A DNA stretch of 64,000 nt, from positions 12,071 through 76,070 of the forward strand of contig JAZNVZ010000007.1 of NCBI GenBank assembly GCA_045593065.1, in the 5' to 3' direction. This DNA comes from Candidatus Enterousia sp. GTDB taxonomy: Bacteria > Pseudomonadota > Alphaproteobacteria > Rs-D84. Positions within the stretch are counted from its first letter, which is position 1, and each line of letters starts with the position of its first letter. This document shows positions 17,436-27,531 of this stretch, one piece after another. The translations under genes and the position numbers were made by a program. The notes below the pieces were generated by a model. That model was not told the DNA's origin, did no database searches, and saw nothing but the letters and a program-made list of their open reading frames with translations.

Positions 17436-18395
17436 ATGACTAATATCGTTCTGGATTCTTTGTTAAAACCTTTGGCGGAATTTTATACGCCGTCTTTTGT
17501 CGAAGAAATCGCAATAAATCACGCCGGCCAGGTGTGGATGCGTCTGCACGGCGCACGCGTCCCGTGGGTCGCGTACGAGGCACCACAATTAACCAAACAA
17601 TACTTGGTGGATTTAATTCATACGGTCGCAAATATTTATGAACAACCGTTTGACCCGTATCATGGTGTGCCGGTCGTTTATGCTACATTGCCCGGAAACC
17701 ACCGGTTTTCCGCCATCGCGGGACCAAATGTACAATATGACGATAATGATTTAACCGGCGGTGTCGCAATGAGTATTCGCGGCGGCGGTGCCACAGATGT
17801 CAGTTTCAAAAACTATCACTTGGAACAAGGTAAACAATTATTAAAAATTAAACCGCGCGACAAAGTTCGACCTGATGACCCGTATGAACGATTGATGAGT
17901 GCAATTAATGACGCCAGTCCTATTTTAATTTCTGGCGCAACCGCAACTGGAAAAACAACATTTTTGAACCATATGTTGACTCTTATCGATAAAAACGCGC
18001 GTGTAATTACGGTCGAAGATGCACGCGAAATCCATGTAGAACAGCCAAATCGTGTGCATTTTATATTGTCCAGAACAGAACAAAATAACGATTTTTCTTA
18101 TGCTCGATTGCTGGATTTGGTTGTGCGTATGACACCAGATGTTATTATCGGCGGCGAAATTTCAACCAGCAACGCATCAATTTTATGGGAAATGCTGGGG
18201 ACAGGACACGACCATTTTTATACCACAATTCACGCAGAATCAGCCGAGGCCGCGTATGCCGCATTTGCTGACCGCATTTTGCATACACAACCTGCGTACG
18301 ACCGATCTGATTTAATCGCAGAAATGAAAAAGAAAATCCGCGTTGTACAATTATCGCGCGATGGTGGATTACGCGCCGTAACCGAGGTCGTATAA
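17436..18395 (+). CDS. VirB11/CpaF-like secretion ATPase
   Basis: EEIAIN, Walker A GATATGKTT, TVEDARE, RMTPD.II.GE, TGH...TTIHA. Confidence 0.85.
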   Translation: MTNIVLDSLLKPLAEFYTPSFVEEIAINHAGQVWMRLHGARVPWVAYEAPQLTKQYLVDLIHTVANIYEQPFDPYHGVPVVYATLPGNHRFSAIAGPNVQYDDNDLTGGVAMSIRGGGATDVSFKNYHLEQGKQLLKIKPRDKVRPDDPYERLMSAINDASPILISGATATGKTTFLNHMLTLIDKNARVITVEDAREIHVEQPNRVHFILSRTEQNNDFSYARLLDLVVRMTPDVIIGGEISTSNASILWEMLGTGHDHFYTTIHAESAEAAYAAFADRILHTQPAYDRSDLIAEMKKKIRVVQLSRDGGLRAVTEVV

Positions 18396-18459
18396 AACAT
18401 TGACATTTTGCAGTTTTGTGTTATATTAAAATAAATAACAACAACAAAAAGGTGGCAAT

Positions 18460-18864
18460 ATGAATAACGATAATATGCCCACAAAATTGGACAACATTAA
18501 AACAGAAATTAAACAAATGCTGTTTTTTGCATGCGCTATTGACGACCGTGGCAAAATCATAGATTTACAAAGGTACACCAATGTTATTAATCAAACTATT
18601 GCAGAACGCGAATCTGCACTGCGCGCAAACACAACCATTGATGGCGTGCCATTGAATCGCGAAATTGTTTCTGTGTTGATGGGCGAAATCGCATACCTGA
18701 AAAACATCAAAACACACAAAGAAAATTTGGATGAGTTGATAGAACACCCCATAAAAGACCGTGTTGATTATGGTACTGAATATAATTTCAAAAGTATGTT
18801 TCAAGATATCACACGCGTTGCGCGCCGTGTGTCAGGGGTGGCAAAAAGATATTTTCAACGATAA
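18460..18864 (+). CDS. Hypothetical protein
   Basis: 134-aa ORF with SD AAGGTGG and upstream TTGACA/TATATT promoter-like sequence. Confidence 0.65.
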   Translation: MNNDNMPTKLDNIKTEIKQMLFFACAIDDRGKIIDLQRYTNVINQTIAERESALRANTTIDGVPLNREIVSVLMGEIAYLKNIKTHKENLDELIEHPIKDRVDYGTEYNFKSMFQDITRVARRVSGVAKRYFQR

Positions 18865-21063
18865 TTACATAAAATTCTGGGGATTTACATCAATTTTTAT
18901 ACGAATGTTGGCTGGGACCCGAATGGTTGCCAGCCATTTTTTTACAATCGGTTGTAAATTCGCGTTCGCCCCACCCGCAATCAAAAAACGCATGCGGTAC
19001 CAATTCCTTATTTGATAAATTTGCGCCGCAATCGGCCCCATAATTTTTCCACCAACCAATGTCGGCGCAGACAATCGCAACGCATCACAAAATTGTTTTA
19101 ATGTTTGTTCTTGGGCGCATTCCACAATCAATGCAATCAGTTGACCAAAAGGTGGCATATTCGCAGCGCGCCGCGCATCCATATCATTGCGCACAAATTC
19201 ATCCCTGTTGCAATTACAAATCGCCAATAACACAGGATTGTCTGGCTGGTATGTCTGCAACAACACACGCCCAGGAAATTCGCCACGCCCAGCACGACCA
19301 GCAACCTGGAACAACTGTTGAAAAGTGTGTTCAGCCGCACGAAAATCTGTGCCGTATAAACCCATATCACTGTCCACCACACCAACCAATGTCAGGTTTG
19401 GAAAATGATGACCTTTGGCCAAAATTTGTGTTCCAATAACTATATCTATGTCGCCATTTTCCATTTTTTCAACCAAACGTTCCAATGTTTGACGCGTCAT
19501 GATTGTATCACTGGACACCAATGCCACATTGGCATTTGGAAAACGGGCAGAAACCTCTTGGGCTATGCGTTCCAGCCCTGCACCAAACATTGTAATTTCA
19601 TGTCCACATTCAGGGCACTGTTGCGGCAACGCCATTGTACGACCACACATGTGGCATAACAATTTTCCTAATCTTTTATGATATGTCATGCCAACAGAAC
19701 AATCTGGGCATGTCGCAACCCATCCGCATTTTTTGCATTGTGTGATTGGCGCAAATCCACGGCGATTTATAAACAGCATAACCTGTTGATGTGCGTTCAA
19801 TGTTTCATTTATTGCATCACATAATATCGGTGATAAATTGCCGTGTTGTGGTGCGGTATCGTTTGTAATAATATAATCTGTGGGACGATTTTCGCGCAAA
19901 TCAACCGTTGATATTGTCGGCATTTGTGCGCCACCAAAACGCGATGTTAATTTTAATATCTTGTATTTACCCAATGCCACATTATTTAATGTTTCCATTG
20001 ATGGTGTCGCAGACGCCAATACAACCGGGAAACCCGCAATCTTGGCACGCAAAATCGCCATATCACGCGCATGATAATTGCCCATATCTTCTTGTTTATA
20101 AGATGTGTCGTGTTCTTCGTCAATCACAACCAGACCCAAATCTTGCCACGGTAAAAACAGCGCGCTGCGCGTACCAACAACAATTCTTATTTTTCTATTT
20201 AACACACCACGCCAAATTTCACGCCGGCGCGCAGCAGTTAAATTACTGTGCCACACCACAGGCGGCGCACCAAAACGTTTTTCAAATCGTGTCATGAATT
20301 GCGCAGTTAATGCAATTTCTGGCATCATTAACAATACAGATTTTCCAGCATTATATGCACGCAACACAGAATCAAAATACACCTGGGTTTTACCACTACC
20401 AGTAATGCCATCTAATAAATGCACAGAAAATCCACCCGCCGCCATCGCCGCGCCAATCGAATTTGCCGCCGCAGATTGTTCTTCGTTTAATTTAATATCG
20501 CCAGTATCATGATAAGTGTAATTAAATTCGTTCGATTCAACTGTGCGCGTATCTGCCAATGTCAACAACCCGCGTTTTATCATCGTGTTTATAACCCCGG
20601 GGGCAACATGCGCGATATTACGCAAATCATTCACAGTCATTGGTGTATTGTCATTCAAAGAAAACGCATCCATAACCATTTGGCGATTTTCTGTCATTTT
20701 GCCGTCTGTGGCAAAATTAAAATTATATAATGGTTCGATTTTTGGCGGCAAAAACGCGTCTGGGACATTCACAATCAAACGCAGCACCGCCCCCAACGGC
20801 ATCAGTGTCCAATTCGACATTTTTTGTATCCAAGATAAATCATCCACTGATAATTTGTTCGGGTATATTTCAGCAATATTTTTTATTTTGTTCGGGGGCA
20901 AATTACTGTCGCCAAATCCAAATATAACACCAATGTATGGCCGGTTCATCACAGATACACGCACAAATTGACCAATATCGGCATCACTGGTTAAACGATA
21001 ATCGTATCCAGTGTTGATAACATTTGGTATTAAAACTTTGACAACAGTACCTGCATTAAACAT
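18865..21063 (-). CDS. priA: Primosomal protein N'
   Basis: GITGSGKT, PEIALT, DEEHD, SATPS, NRRGF, four CxxC pairs, QVAGRAGR. Confidence 0.97.
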   Translation of the reverse strand: MFNAGTVVKVLIPNVINTGYDYRLTSDADIGQFVRVSVMNRPYIGVIFGFGDSNLPPNKIKNIAEIYPNKLSVDDLSWIQKMSNWTLMPLGAVLRLIVNVPDAFLPPKIEPLYNFNFATDGKMTENRQMVMDAFSLNDNTPMTVNDLRNIAHVAPGVINTMIKRGLLTLADTRTVESNEFNYTYHDTGDIKLNEEQSAAANSIGAAMAAGGFSVHLLDGITGSGKTQVYFDSVLRAYNAGKSVLLMMPEIALTAQFMTRFEKRFGAPPVVWHSNLTAARRREIWRGVLNRKIRIVVGTRSALFLPWQDLGLVVIDEEHDTSYKQEDMGNYHARDMAILRAKIAGFPVVLASATPSMETLNNVALGKYKILKLTSRFGGAQMPTISTVDLRENRPTDYIITNDTAPQHGNLSPILCDAINETLNAHQQVMLFINRRGFAPITQCKKCGWVATCPDCSVGMTYHKRLGKLLCHMCGRTMALPQQCPECGHEITMFGAGLERIAQEVSARFPNANVALVSSDTIMTRQTLERLVEKMENGDIDIVIGTQILAKGHHFPNLTLVGVVDSDMGLYGTDFRAAEHTFQQLFQVAGRAGRGEFPGRVLLQTYQPDNPVLLAICNCNRDEFVRNDMDARRAANMPPFGQLIALIVECAQEQTLKQFCDALRLSAPTLVGGKIMGPIAAQIYQIRNWYRMRFLIAGGANANLQPIVKKWLATIRVPANIRIKIDVNPQNFM

Positions 21064-21133
21064 ATCAATAAAATACTTGTTTTTTTTGAAAAATTCAATA
21101 CTATTTATAATAAATCAAACCCAGGCATAATTT

Positions 21134-21844
21134 ATGTGGAAATTATTTTTTGAATTCGCATATGCAATCAGTTTTTTTATCATCGTGCCAAAATGGCGGC
21201 ACGCATTTCGTGAACGTGTTTTATTTGGATATCGCGAAAAATTGAACGATTTATTGGAAACATGTCCTGAATTGCGTGGGCAAAAAATGCGTTTGGCCAA
21301 GGGCGGCGGTTCTTTGGCATTTATTTTTGATAATAAAAGCGTGTATCGTGTCCGCAAAACATTGGCCGAGGCCACAACCATATTCCCACGCGTGGCACGC
21401 GAAAAACGCATTACTGATGCGTTGCGCCGTTATGTACCTGTGGCAATCCCAAAAATCACCGTCATTCGCGGAAATAAATTTTTCTTTTACAAAACAGATT
21501 TCATCCCTGGGGTTATGCTGGCCAGTTTGTCCAAGAAAACATTAAATGCGCACAGTGATGAAATCGCAATTCAGTTGGCAGAATTTTTGAAAAAACTGCA
21601 CGGGGCAAACCCAAAATCTATTGCAGATTTAACCGACAAAAAACCGAACAAGCATTGGTGCCACACCGATTTGTGCAGTAATATTTTAATTGACCCAAAC
21701 ACATTCAAAATTACCGGAATTATTGATTGGGAATGGGCAACATGGATTGATATTTCTTGGGATTTCCACAGTTTATACAACCGCCGCCGCAAAATGCGCG
21801 CCACAGAAATTCCTATTAAAACAGTAATTAAATATTTTGAATAA
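21134..21844 (+). CDS. Aminoglycoside phosphotransferase/kinase-like protein
   Basis: HTDL..NILI (Brenner motif) and GIIDW. Confidence 0.75.
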   Translation: MWKLFFEFAYAISFFIIVPKWRHAFRERVLFGYREKLNDLLETCPELRGQKMRLAKGGGSLAFIFDNKSVYRVRKTLAEATTIFPRVAREKRITDALRRYVPVAIPKITVIRGNKFFFYKTDFIPGVMLASLSKKTLNAHSDEIAIQLAEFLKKLHGANPKSIADLTDKKPNKHWCHTDLCSNILIDPNTFKITGIIDWEWATWIDISWDFHSLYNRRRKMRATEIPIKTVIKYFE

Positions 21845-22733
21845 CCATGGATAAATCTGTGTCATTTGGCACATGGTCAATAACGATATCTGGCGCAAAT
21901 TGTGTACGAAACCAGGTGCGTTGCCGTTTAGCATATTGATTAGTTTTGATTATCCAATTTTTAATTGCATCATCACGACTGATTTTGCCCTGTAAATAAT
22001 TCACCAACTGGACCGCACCAATGGCACGCGATGGATTCCAATTATTGGATATAATCGTGTGCGCCTCAATCATGGCGCCACCAGACAACATTTCAGGAAT
22101 TCTGTCAGCGATACGCGAACGCAAAACATCGGCATCTGGGTTAATCAAGATTTTAATTGTATCCGCCGGCAACACCGCCCCAACCCGCGGTTTTTGTTGG
22201 AATTCTGTGATATGATGACCTGTTTGGAAAAACACTTCGATTGCACGCGCAACGCGTTGTGGGTCGGTCGCAGTAAAATTTTCTGGCAATAATTTGCGCG
22301 CAGATTCAATGTCGTGCGCCGTCAATTCACGCGCACGGGTGCGTGCATCTGGGGAAACATTTGGAATTTGCGAAATGCCATACAACAATGCGTTTGCATA
22401 ATACCCTGTACCGCCAACAAATATTGCAGGTTTGCCTGCGGCATGCGCTGCATCGTATTCGCGGCGCGCCATTGCCAAATAATCATTGACACTTTGTTGT
22501 GTTGATAAATCCAACACAGAAAACAATTTATATGGCACGCCGTCCAACATTTCTGTTTCGATTTTATCGACATGTCCTGCAAATGGACTGGCAGATATAT
22601 TTTCAATTCCGCGATAAATTTGGACACTGTCGCAATTTATAATCACGCCACCAATTTTGCGCGCCAAGCAATCAGCAAACCCAGATTTGCCAGATGCGGT
22701 TGGTCCAACAATAATCACATCGCGCGTTTTCAT
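21828..22733 (-). CDS. miaA: tRNA dimethylallyltransferase
   Basis: GPTASGKS, DSVQIY, VGGTG.Y, DPQRV.RA.EV, QYAKRQRTWF. Confidence 0.95.
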   Translation of the reverse strand: MKTRDVIIVGPTASGKSGFADCLARKIGGVIINCDSVQIYRGIENISASPFAGHVDKIETEMLDGVPYKLFSVLDLSTQQSVNDYLAMARREYDAAHAAGKPAIFVGGTGYYANALLYGISQIPNVSPDARTRARELTAHDIESARKLLPENFTATDPQRVARAIEVFFQTGHHITEFQQKPRVGAVLPADTIKILINPDADVLRSRIADRIPEMLSGGAMIEAHTIISNNWNPSRAIGAVQLVNYLQGKISRDDAIKNWIIKTNQYAKRQRTWFRTQFAPDIVIDHVPNDTDLSMVIQNI

Positions 22734-22851
22734 ATTGAATTTATTATAATTGCCAAATATCGTGAATTCAAGCACAACACGCAAAAAATCTCGTTGTTGC
22801 GCGCGTGCAAAAGTGGTATGATTATATCATCAGGAAACGAAAGGATATATC

Positions 22852-23850
22852 ATGAAAAAAGTAAGAGTTGCTATTAACGGTTTTGGTCGTATCGGTCGTT
22901 TGGTTTTACGCGCAGCATTAGAATCTGGGCGCAACGACATTGAATTTGTTGCAATAAATGATTTGGCACCGATTGAACAGAACGCACATTTGTTGCAATA
23001 TGATTCTGTGCACGGCAGATTGCCCATGAATGTCCGCACAGATGGCGATTACATCATCGTGGGCAAGCAGAAAATTAAATGTATCAGTGAACGCAATCCT
23101 GAAAATTTACCATGGAAAAAATTGCGCGTAGATATTGTTATGGAATGCACCGGATTATTCACATCTGGGGCGGCAGCGCGCGTCCATGTGAACGCGGGGG
23201 CAAAACGCGTATTGGTTTCTGCGCCATCGGCGGGGGCAGACAAAACAATCGTGTTTGGTGTAAACGAAAAAACATTAACCAAGAAAGATATAATTGTATC
23301 GAACGCATCATGCACAACAAATTGCCTGGCACATGTGGCCAAGGTTTTGAGTGAAAAGTTCGGCATAAAAAACGGATGGATGACAACTGTGCACGCATAT
23401 ACCGGCGATCAGCAATTACTGGATAAAACCCATCGTGATTTGCGCCGCGCCCGCGCAGCCGCCATGTCTATGATACCGACAACAACCGGTGCGGCGCGCG
23501 CGATTGGATTGGTTTTACCAAAATTAGCGGGCAAATTAGACGGTATTGCAATTCGCGTTCCAACCCCAGATGTGTCTGTTGTGGAATTGGTTGTGAATAC
23601 AGAAAAACCAACCACCGCAGACAAAGTCAACGCGGCCATGAAAAAGGCAGAATCGGCGGTGTTTGGATATTGCGATGCGCCGTTGGTTTCGGTTGATTTT
23701 ACGCACGATGCGCACAGTGCAATATTAGATGCGGGTCAAACAAGTGTGATTGATGGGCATTTGGTTCATGTAACGGCGTGGTATGACAACGAATGGGGAT
23801 TTTCTAACCGCATGTGCGATACCGCGGTGGCGATGGGCAGATTGATATAA
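22852..23850 (+). CDS. gap: Glyceraldehyde-3-phosphate dehydrogenase type I
   Basis: INGFGRIGR, SNASCTTNCL, WYDNEWG. Confidence 0.97.
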   Translation: MKKVRVAINGFGRIGRLVLRAALESGRNDIEFVAINDLAPIEQNAHLLQYDSVHGRLPMNVRTDGDYIIVGKQKIKCISERNPENLPWKKLRVDIVMECTGLFTSGAAARVHVNAGAKRVLVSAPSAGADKTIVFGVNEKTLTKKDIIVSNASCTTNCLAHVAKVLSEKFGIKNGWMTTVHAYTGDQQLLDKTHRDLRRARAAAMSMIPTTTGAARAIGLVLPKLAGKLDGIAIRVPTPDVSVVELVVNTEKPTTADKVNAAMKKAESAVFGYCDAPLVSVDFTHDAHSAILDAGQTSVIDGHLVHVTAWYDNEWGFSNRMCDTAVAMGRLI

Positions 23851-23908
23851 AAAAATAAAAAAAACACTTGCAAAGCGACAAAGAACAGTATAATATGGGT
23901 ATCGCTTT

Positions 23909-23986
23909 GGGGTGTTAGCTCAGCTGGTTTAGAGCGTCTGCCTGTCACGCAGAAGGTCGAGGGTTCGAGCCCCTTACATCCCGCCA
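23909..23986 (+). tRNA. tRNA-Asp(GTC)
   Basis: Acceptor stem GGGGTGT/ACATCCC, anticodon GTC, GGTTCGA T-loop, encoded CCA. Confidence 0.95.
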
Positions 23987-23995
23987 CGAAATTCG

Positions 23996-24022
23996 AACCG
24001 CAGGAAACCTGCGGTTTTTTTT
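23996..24022 (+). terminator. Terminator after tRNA-Asp
   Basis: AACCGCAGG-AAA-CCTGCGGTT plus T tract. Confidence 0.8.
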
Positions 24023-24063
24023 GTTTTATTGACAAAGCGCACCGATGCAGTATAATACAAGGC

Positions 24064-24183
24064 ATGAAAAAAGTTATACTTTGTTTATTGGTATTATCGA
24101 TGGTGGCATTGGGGGCATGTGGTAAAAAATCCCCATTAGAACACCCGACCCAGGGGTATCCACGCGATTATCCGGTGTATTGA
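24064..24183 (+). CDS. 39-aa lipoprotein, LptM/YifL-like (not in the ORF track)
   Basis: MKKVILCLLVLSMVALGACGKKSPLEHPTQGYPRDYPVY; lipobox LGAC followed by G.K..L..P; TTGACA-16-TATAAT promoter ends 7 nt upstream. Confidence 0.7.
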   Translation: MKKVILCLLVLSMVALGACGKKSPLEHPTQGYPRDYPVY

Positions 24184-24195
24184 TAATGTTTTTTT

Positions 24196-24280
<85 letters not shown>

Positions 24281-24386
24281 CCCTTTGTATTTGCGATGCT
24301 GTGGGTGGAACACATCAATAAAAAACACTTGATTTATCAAAAAAAAACGATAGAATACGATACGCAATAGAAAAAAGGTTATTAAA

Positions 24387-24566
24387 ATGGCATCTAAGAA
24401 AGGCGCAATAGAAGTTATCAAGTTGGAAAATAAAGAAACTGGTTTCTTTTACACAACAACAAAAAACACAAAATCTGAAAACACCAAGGGCAAAATGAAA
24501 TTCCGTAAATACGACCCAAAATTGCGCAAGCATGTCGAATTTACCGAAGCAAAAATGCCTCACTAA
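24387..24566 (+). CDS. rpmG: 50S ribosomal protein L33 (zinc-independent type; not in the ORF track)
   Basis: IKL...ETGFFYTTTKN...K..FRKYDP..RKHV.F.E.K. Confidence 0.92.
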   Translation: MASKKGAIEVIKLENKETGFFYTTTKNTKSENTKGKMKFRKYDPKLRKHVEFTEAKMPH

Positions 24567-24656
24567 AAAAAATCAACAAGATTCGTAAAAATGTCGCCAT
24601 TTGGGCGGCATTTTTTATTACACCAGTTGGTACGGTAGTGGGGGGATTAACTGCTC

Positions 24657-24836
24657 CGTCATACCGCGGGCGCGCGGTATCCAGTTTTGCAGAACGCAAA
24701 ACTTGTGTCATTTTGCTTTATTACACAAGTTGGTGCGTTGCACCAACTGGGCCCCGCCCTGCGGCGGGGTGACGATTTTGCGACCCTCCCCGCCCTACGG
24801 CGGTATGACGACTATACGAACTGCGGCGGGGTGACG
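24657..24836. repeat. Left cluster of CGTC-tagged palindromic repeats
   Basis: 24657-24775 matches 25403-25521; 24796-24836 is the reverse complement of the 25-nt unit CGTCATACCGCC.CAGTTCGTATAT. Confidence 0.85.
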
Positions 24837-24882
24837 ATAAAAAATATTTGCAATAATAATAACACAATATAAAATCAATGTT

Positions 24883-25200
24883 ATGAGAACTGGTGGCTAT
24901 GTTTATATTATGGCATCTAAACGCATGGGTACTTTGTATATAGGTTCCACATCAGATTTGGTTGGACGCGTGTGGGAGCATAAAAATAAAGTATCGCCGA
25001 AATCTTTTACAGCAAAATATAAATGCAATAAATTAGTATATTACGAGTATCATGAGCGTCTGGAAAATATGGTTTTGCGCGAACGACAATTAAAAGAATG
25101 GAATAGGAATTGGAAAATAAAACTAATTGTTGATAAAAACCCAGGTTGGGATGATTTGTATCCAGCATTTTTAATTGCGAATGGTTATGCCCCAGAATAG
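24883..25200 (+). CDS. Small GIY-YIG nuclease (YhbQ/UPF0213-like)
   Basis: YVYIMAS..GTLYIG.T.DL..RV.EHK, FT.KY...KLVYYE, RE.QLK.W.R.WK..LI...NP.W.DL. Confidence 0.92.
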   Translation: MRTGGYVYIMASKRMGTLYIGSTSDLVGRVWEHKNKVSPKSFTAKYKCNKLVYYEYHERLENMVLRERQLKEWNRNWKIKLIVDKNPGWDDLYPAFLIANGYAPE

Positions 25201-25219
25201 TTGACACGAAATTCACATC

Positions 25220-25662
25220 CGTCATACCGCCACAGTTCGTATATCGTCATACCGCCTCAGTTCGTATATCGTCATACCGCGGGCGCGCGGTATCCAGTCC
25301 GCCATAGGCGGACTTGTGTAATAAGTGAGCAAGTTTGCTTCGCAAACTGGATTCCGGCATGCGCCGGAATGACGATTGTGTGGGCGGAAAAACTAACAGT
25401 CCCGTCATACCGCGGACGCGCGGTATCCACTTTTGCGGAACGCAAAACTTGTTTTATTTTGCATTATTACACAAGTTGGTGCGTTGCACCAACTGGGCCC
25501 CGCCCTACGGCGGGGTGACGATTCTTAAGTGAGCAAGTTGGTGCGTTGCACCAACTGGATTCCGTGGATTTACCCACGAAAATTTGCAATTTTCGCGGGG
25601 CCCGTTTTGCGCCGGAATGACGATTATGTGGGCGGGGTGACGATTATGTGGGCGGGGTGACG
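25220..25662. repeat. Right cluster of CGTC-tagged palindromic repeats
   Basis: Tandem 25-nt units, nested palindromes (AGTTGGTGCGTTGCACCAACT, GTCCGCCATAGGCGGAC) and tandem GACGATTATGTGGGCGGGGT. Confidence 0.9.
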
Positions 25663-26487
25663 TTATTGCATCAATCGCATGCAATTCGTGCCGTTGCCAT
25701 TACAGAATTTTGTAAATGCACCTATCTTGCATTGTCTTTCTTCCCTTGCGCCTGGCTCGCCCTGAAAGTTTGGGTCGTGTCTTACTCTTTCATAAGCTGC
25801 CTCAGGGGTTTCGCCATTCCTAGGAACAACTGTCAGCATGCCGGCGGGACACTTGGTACAGGTTGTTGTGCCATCGCCATAGGTATTTCCCTTGCACACA
25901 CATTCATTATCCAGGACAACGGCATATTCATGGCACTGGGTACAGGTGTAAACATTACTAGTACCAGTGACAGGCGTTTTGGCCTGATTTTGTCCACATT
26001 GACCGCATTTATACTGATCCCTGTCGTCCTTGATTAAATAGTTATCACCCGAACAACACGCCGCTAAATTGGACATGTATCCATTATCAACGGTTATAAT
26101 GCTGAAACTTGTACCTGGGCATGGGGCACAACTGTTTTCGTCATTTTGAAAATAATCCGTGGCACACACCCATGGACATGACGATAGACCAGTGGTATTA
26201 TTGTAATCAGGGTTAAAAACAGAGTGATCAGGGTGAGTGGATTCGGTCTCTGCCCACGACCAAACACCATTAGTATACGAACCACATTCTCGGCAGGTAC
26301 CATTTGATTCGCCACCAGGGTTGTAGTATAACTCATTACACCCACTACATTCGATACCATCATTGTCGTAATAACAACCTGCTGTAGCACCACAGGTATC
26401 GGGATTTGTTATGCTTCCGCATTGAGTGTCTGCAAGTACTGGTGACATCAGAACTATATACAAAAAAAATGAAAATATAAATTTCAT
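25663..26487 (-). CDS. Secreted cysteine-rich protein
   Basis: Signal peptide; many CxxC and C.pCP motifs. Confidence 0.7.
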   Translation of the reverse strand: MKFIFSFFLYIVLMSPVLADTQCGSITNPDTCGATAGCYYDNDGIECSGCNELYYNPGGESNGTCRECGSYTNGVWSWAETESTHPDHSVFNPDYNNTTGLSSCPWVCATDYFQNDENSCAPCPGTSFSIITVDNGYMSNLAACCSGDNYLIKDDRDQYKCGQCGQNQAKTPVTGTSNVYTCTQCHEYAVVLDNECVCKGNTYGDGTTTCTKCPAGMLTVVPRNGETPEAAYERVRHDPNFQGEPGAREERQCKIGAFTKFCNGNGTNCMRLMQ

Positions 26488-26589
26488 GTTGCTTTTCCCT
26501 CTTTATTGTATGCTAGAAAATTATAAAATTTAATGCAATAAAAAAAGACGGTTTATAAAAACCGCCTGTTGTTATTGCAATAAATAATT

Positions 26590-27036
26590 TTATCTGCTGG
26601 TAACATTGTATTTTAATGTATCGGCAAAAAATCTGACAATTTCAGGATTATTCACAATAGATTCATTTTGTAATTGCAATTCGCCTTTGCCGAAAACTTT
26701 GTTTGGATTTACATTATGACGTTCACGTAATTTGTTTGCAACGTTTTTTAATCCGTTTGTTGATAACGTGCTATATTTATTATATCTATCTGGAATCATG
26801 AATATTGTATCAACAGTGGGGTCAGAGTTGTATTTGTAAATAGTATCCATGTGCAAATCTTGCGCGATGTCAGCAAACACCAATTCCACATTATGTTTTT
26901 GGGTTGTGGGGGTGACTGGTGTTGGGTTTACTGGTGTTGGTTCAACCGGGTCTTTTTCACATGCCGCAAATGGCATCGCGCAAATCATCGCACCAATCAT
27001 GTATTTCTTGATGTTCTTTATATTATATTTTTGCAT
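26590..27036 (-). CDS. Hypothetical lipoprotein with Pro/Thr linker
   Basis: FAAC lipobox, PVEPTPVNPTPVTP; SD AAGGAG. Confidence 0.65.
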   Translation of the reverse strand: MQKYNIKNIKKYMIGAMICAMPFAACEKDPVEPTPVNPTPVTPTTQKHNVELVFADIAQDLHMDTIYKYNSDPTVDTIFMIPDRYNKYSTLSTNGLKNVANKLRERHNVNPNKVFGKGELQLQNESIVNNPEIVRFFADTLKYNVTSR

Positions 27037-27102
27037 ATAAAAACTCCTTTGATTCTTGTATATTATATATATAGCACATATTTTGCAATTTGTCAAGTGG
27101 TG

Positions 27103-27354
27103 TTATTTGGAATGTTTTTTTAACTGAAAAATTATGCTTTTCGTTAATTCGCCAACGGTCGCATATTTGTCAAAATCTGATTCGGGTAAATTAACACCAA
27201 ATTTGTGTTGCAATGTATATAATGCACCCATACATTCAAAATACGATATTGATGGATTCGATATAAATGCTGTGCGGGTGTTAATGTTTTTGCGCCGTAT
27301 CCCACATTCACGGGCAATTATGCTGTATACAGATTGCGAAATATTCTTGCTCAT
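27103..27354 (-). CDS. Acyl-carrier-protein-like protein (atypical)
   Basis: L..KFGV.LP..DF....TVGEL C-terminal ACP pattern; DSL motif absent. Confidence 0.5.
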   Translation of the reverse strand: MSKNISQSVYSIIARECGIRRKNINTRTAFISNPSISYFECMGALYTLQHKFGVNLPESDFDKYATVGELTKSIIFQLKKHSK

Positions 27355-27531
27355 CCCGATATACCCCCTTGTTTTGTTGTTATATATTAAACATGCGGTG
27401 TATGATATAATTCTTGGACATGGTTGTCAAATATTTTTTTTGGGCATTTAATAAAATTTTAATTTCTGTAAAAACATATAGGTTTTTTTAACAAATTATG
27501 ATAAAATATACACAATCGAGAGAGATTTTAT

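Noticed and set aside
25220-25285. CRISPR array
   Set aside because: The 25-nt units are directly tandem without unique spacers, and no cas genes are present.
25201-25532. Small ORFs over the repeat region
   Set aside because: They are translations of palindromic repeats without SD or protein-like features.
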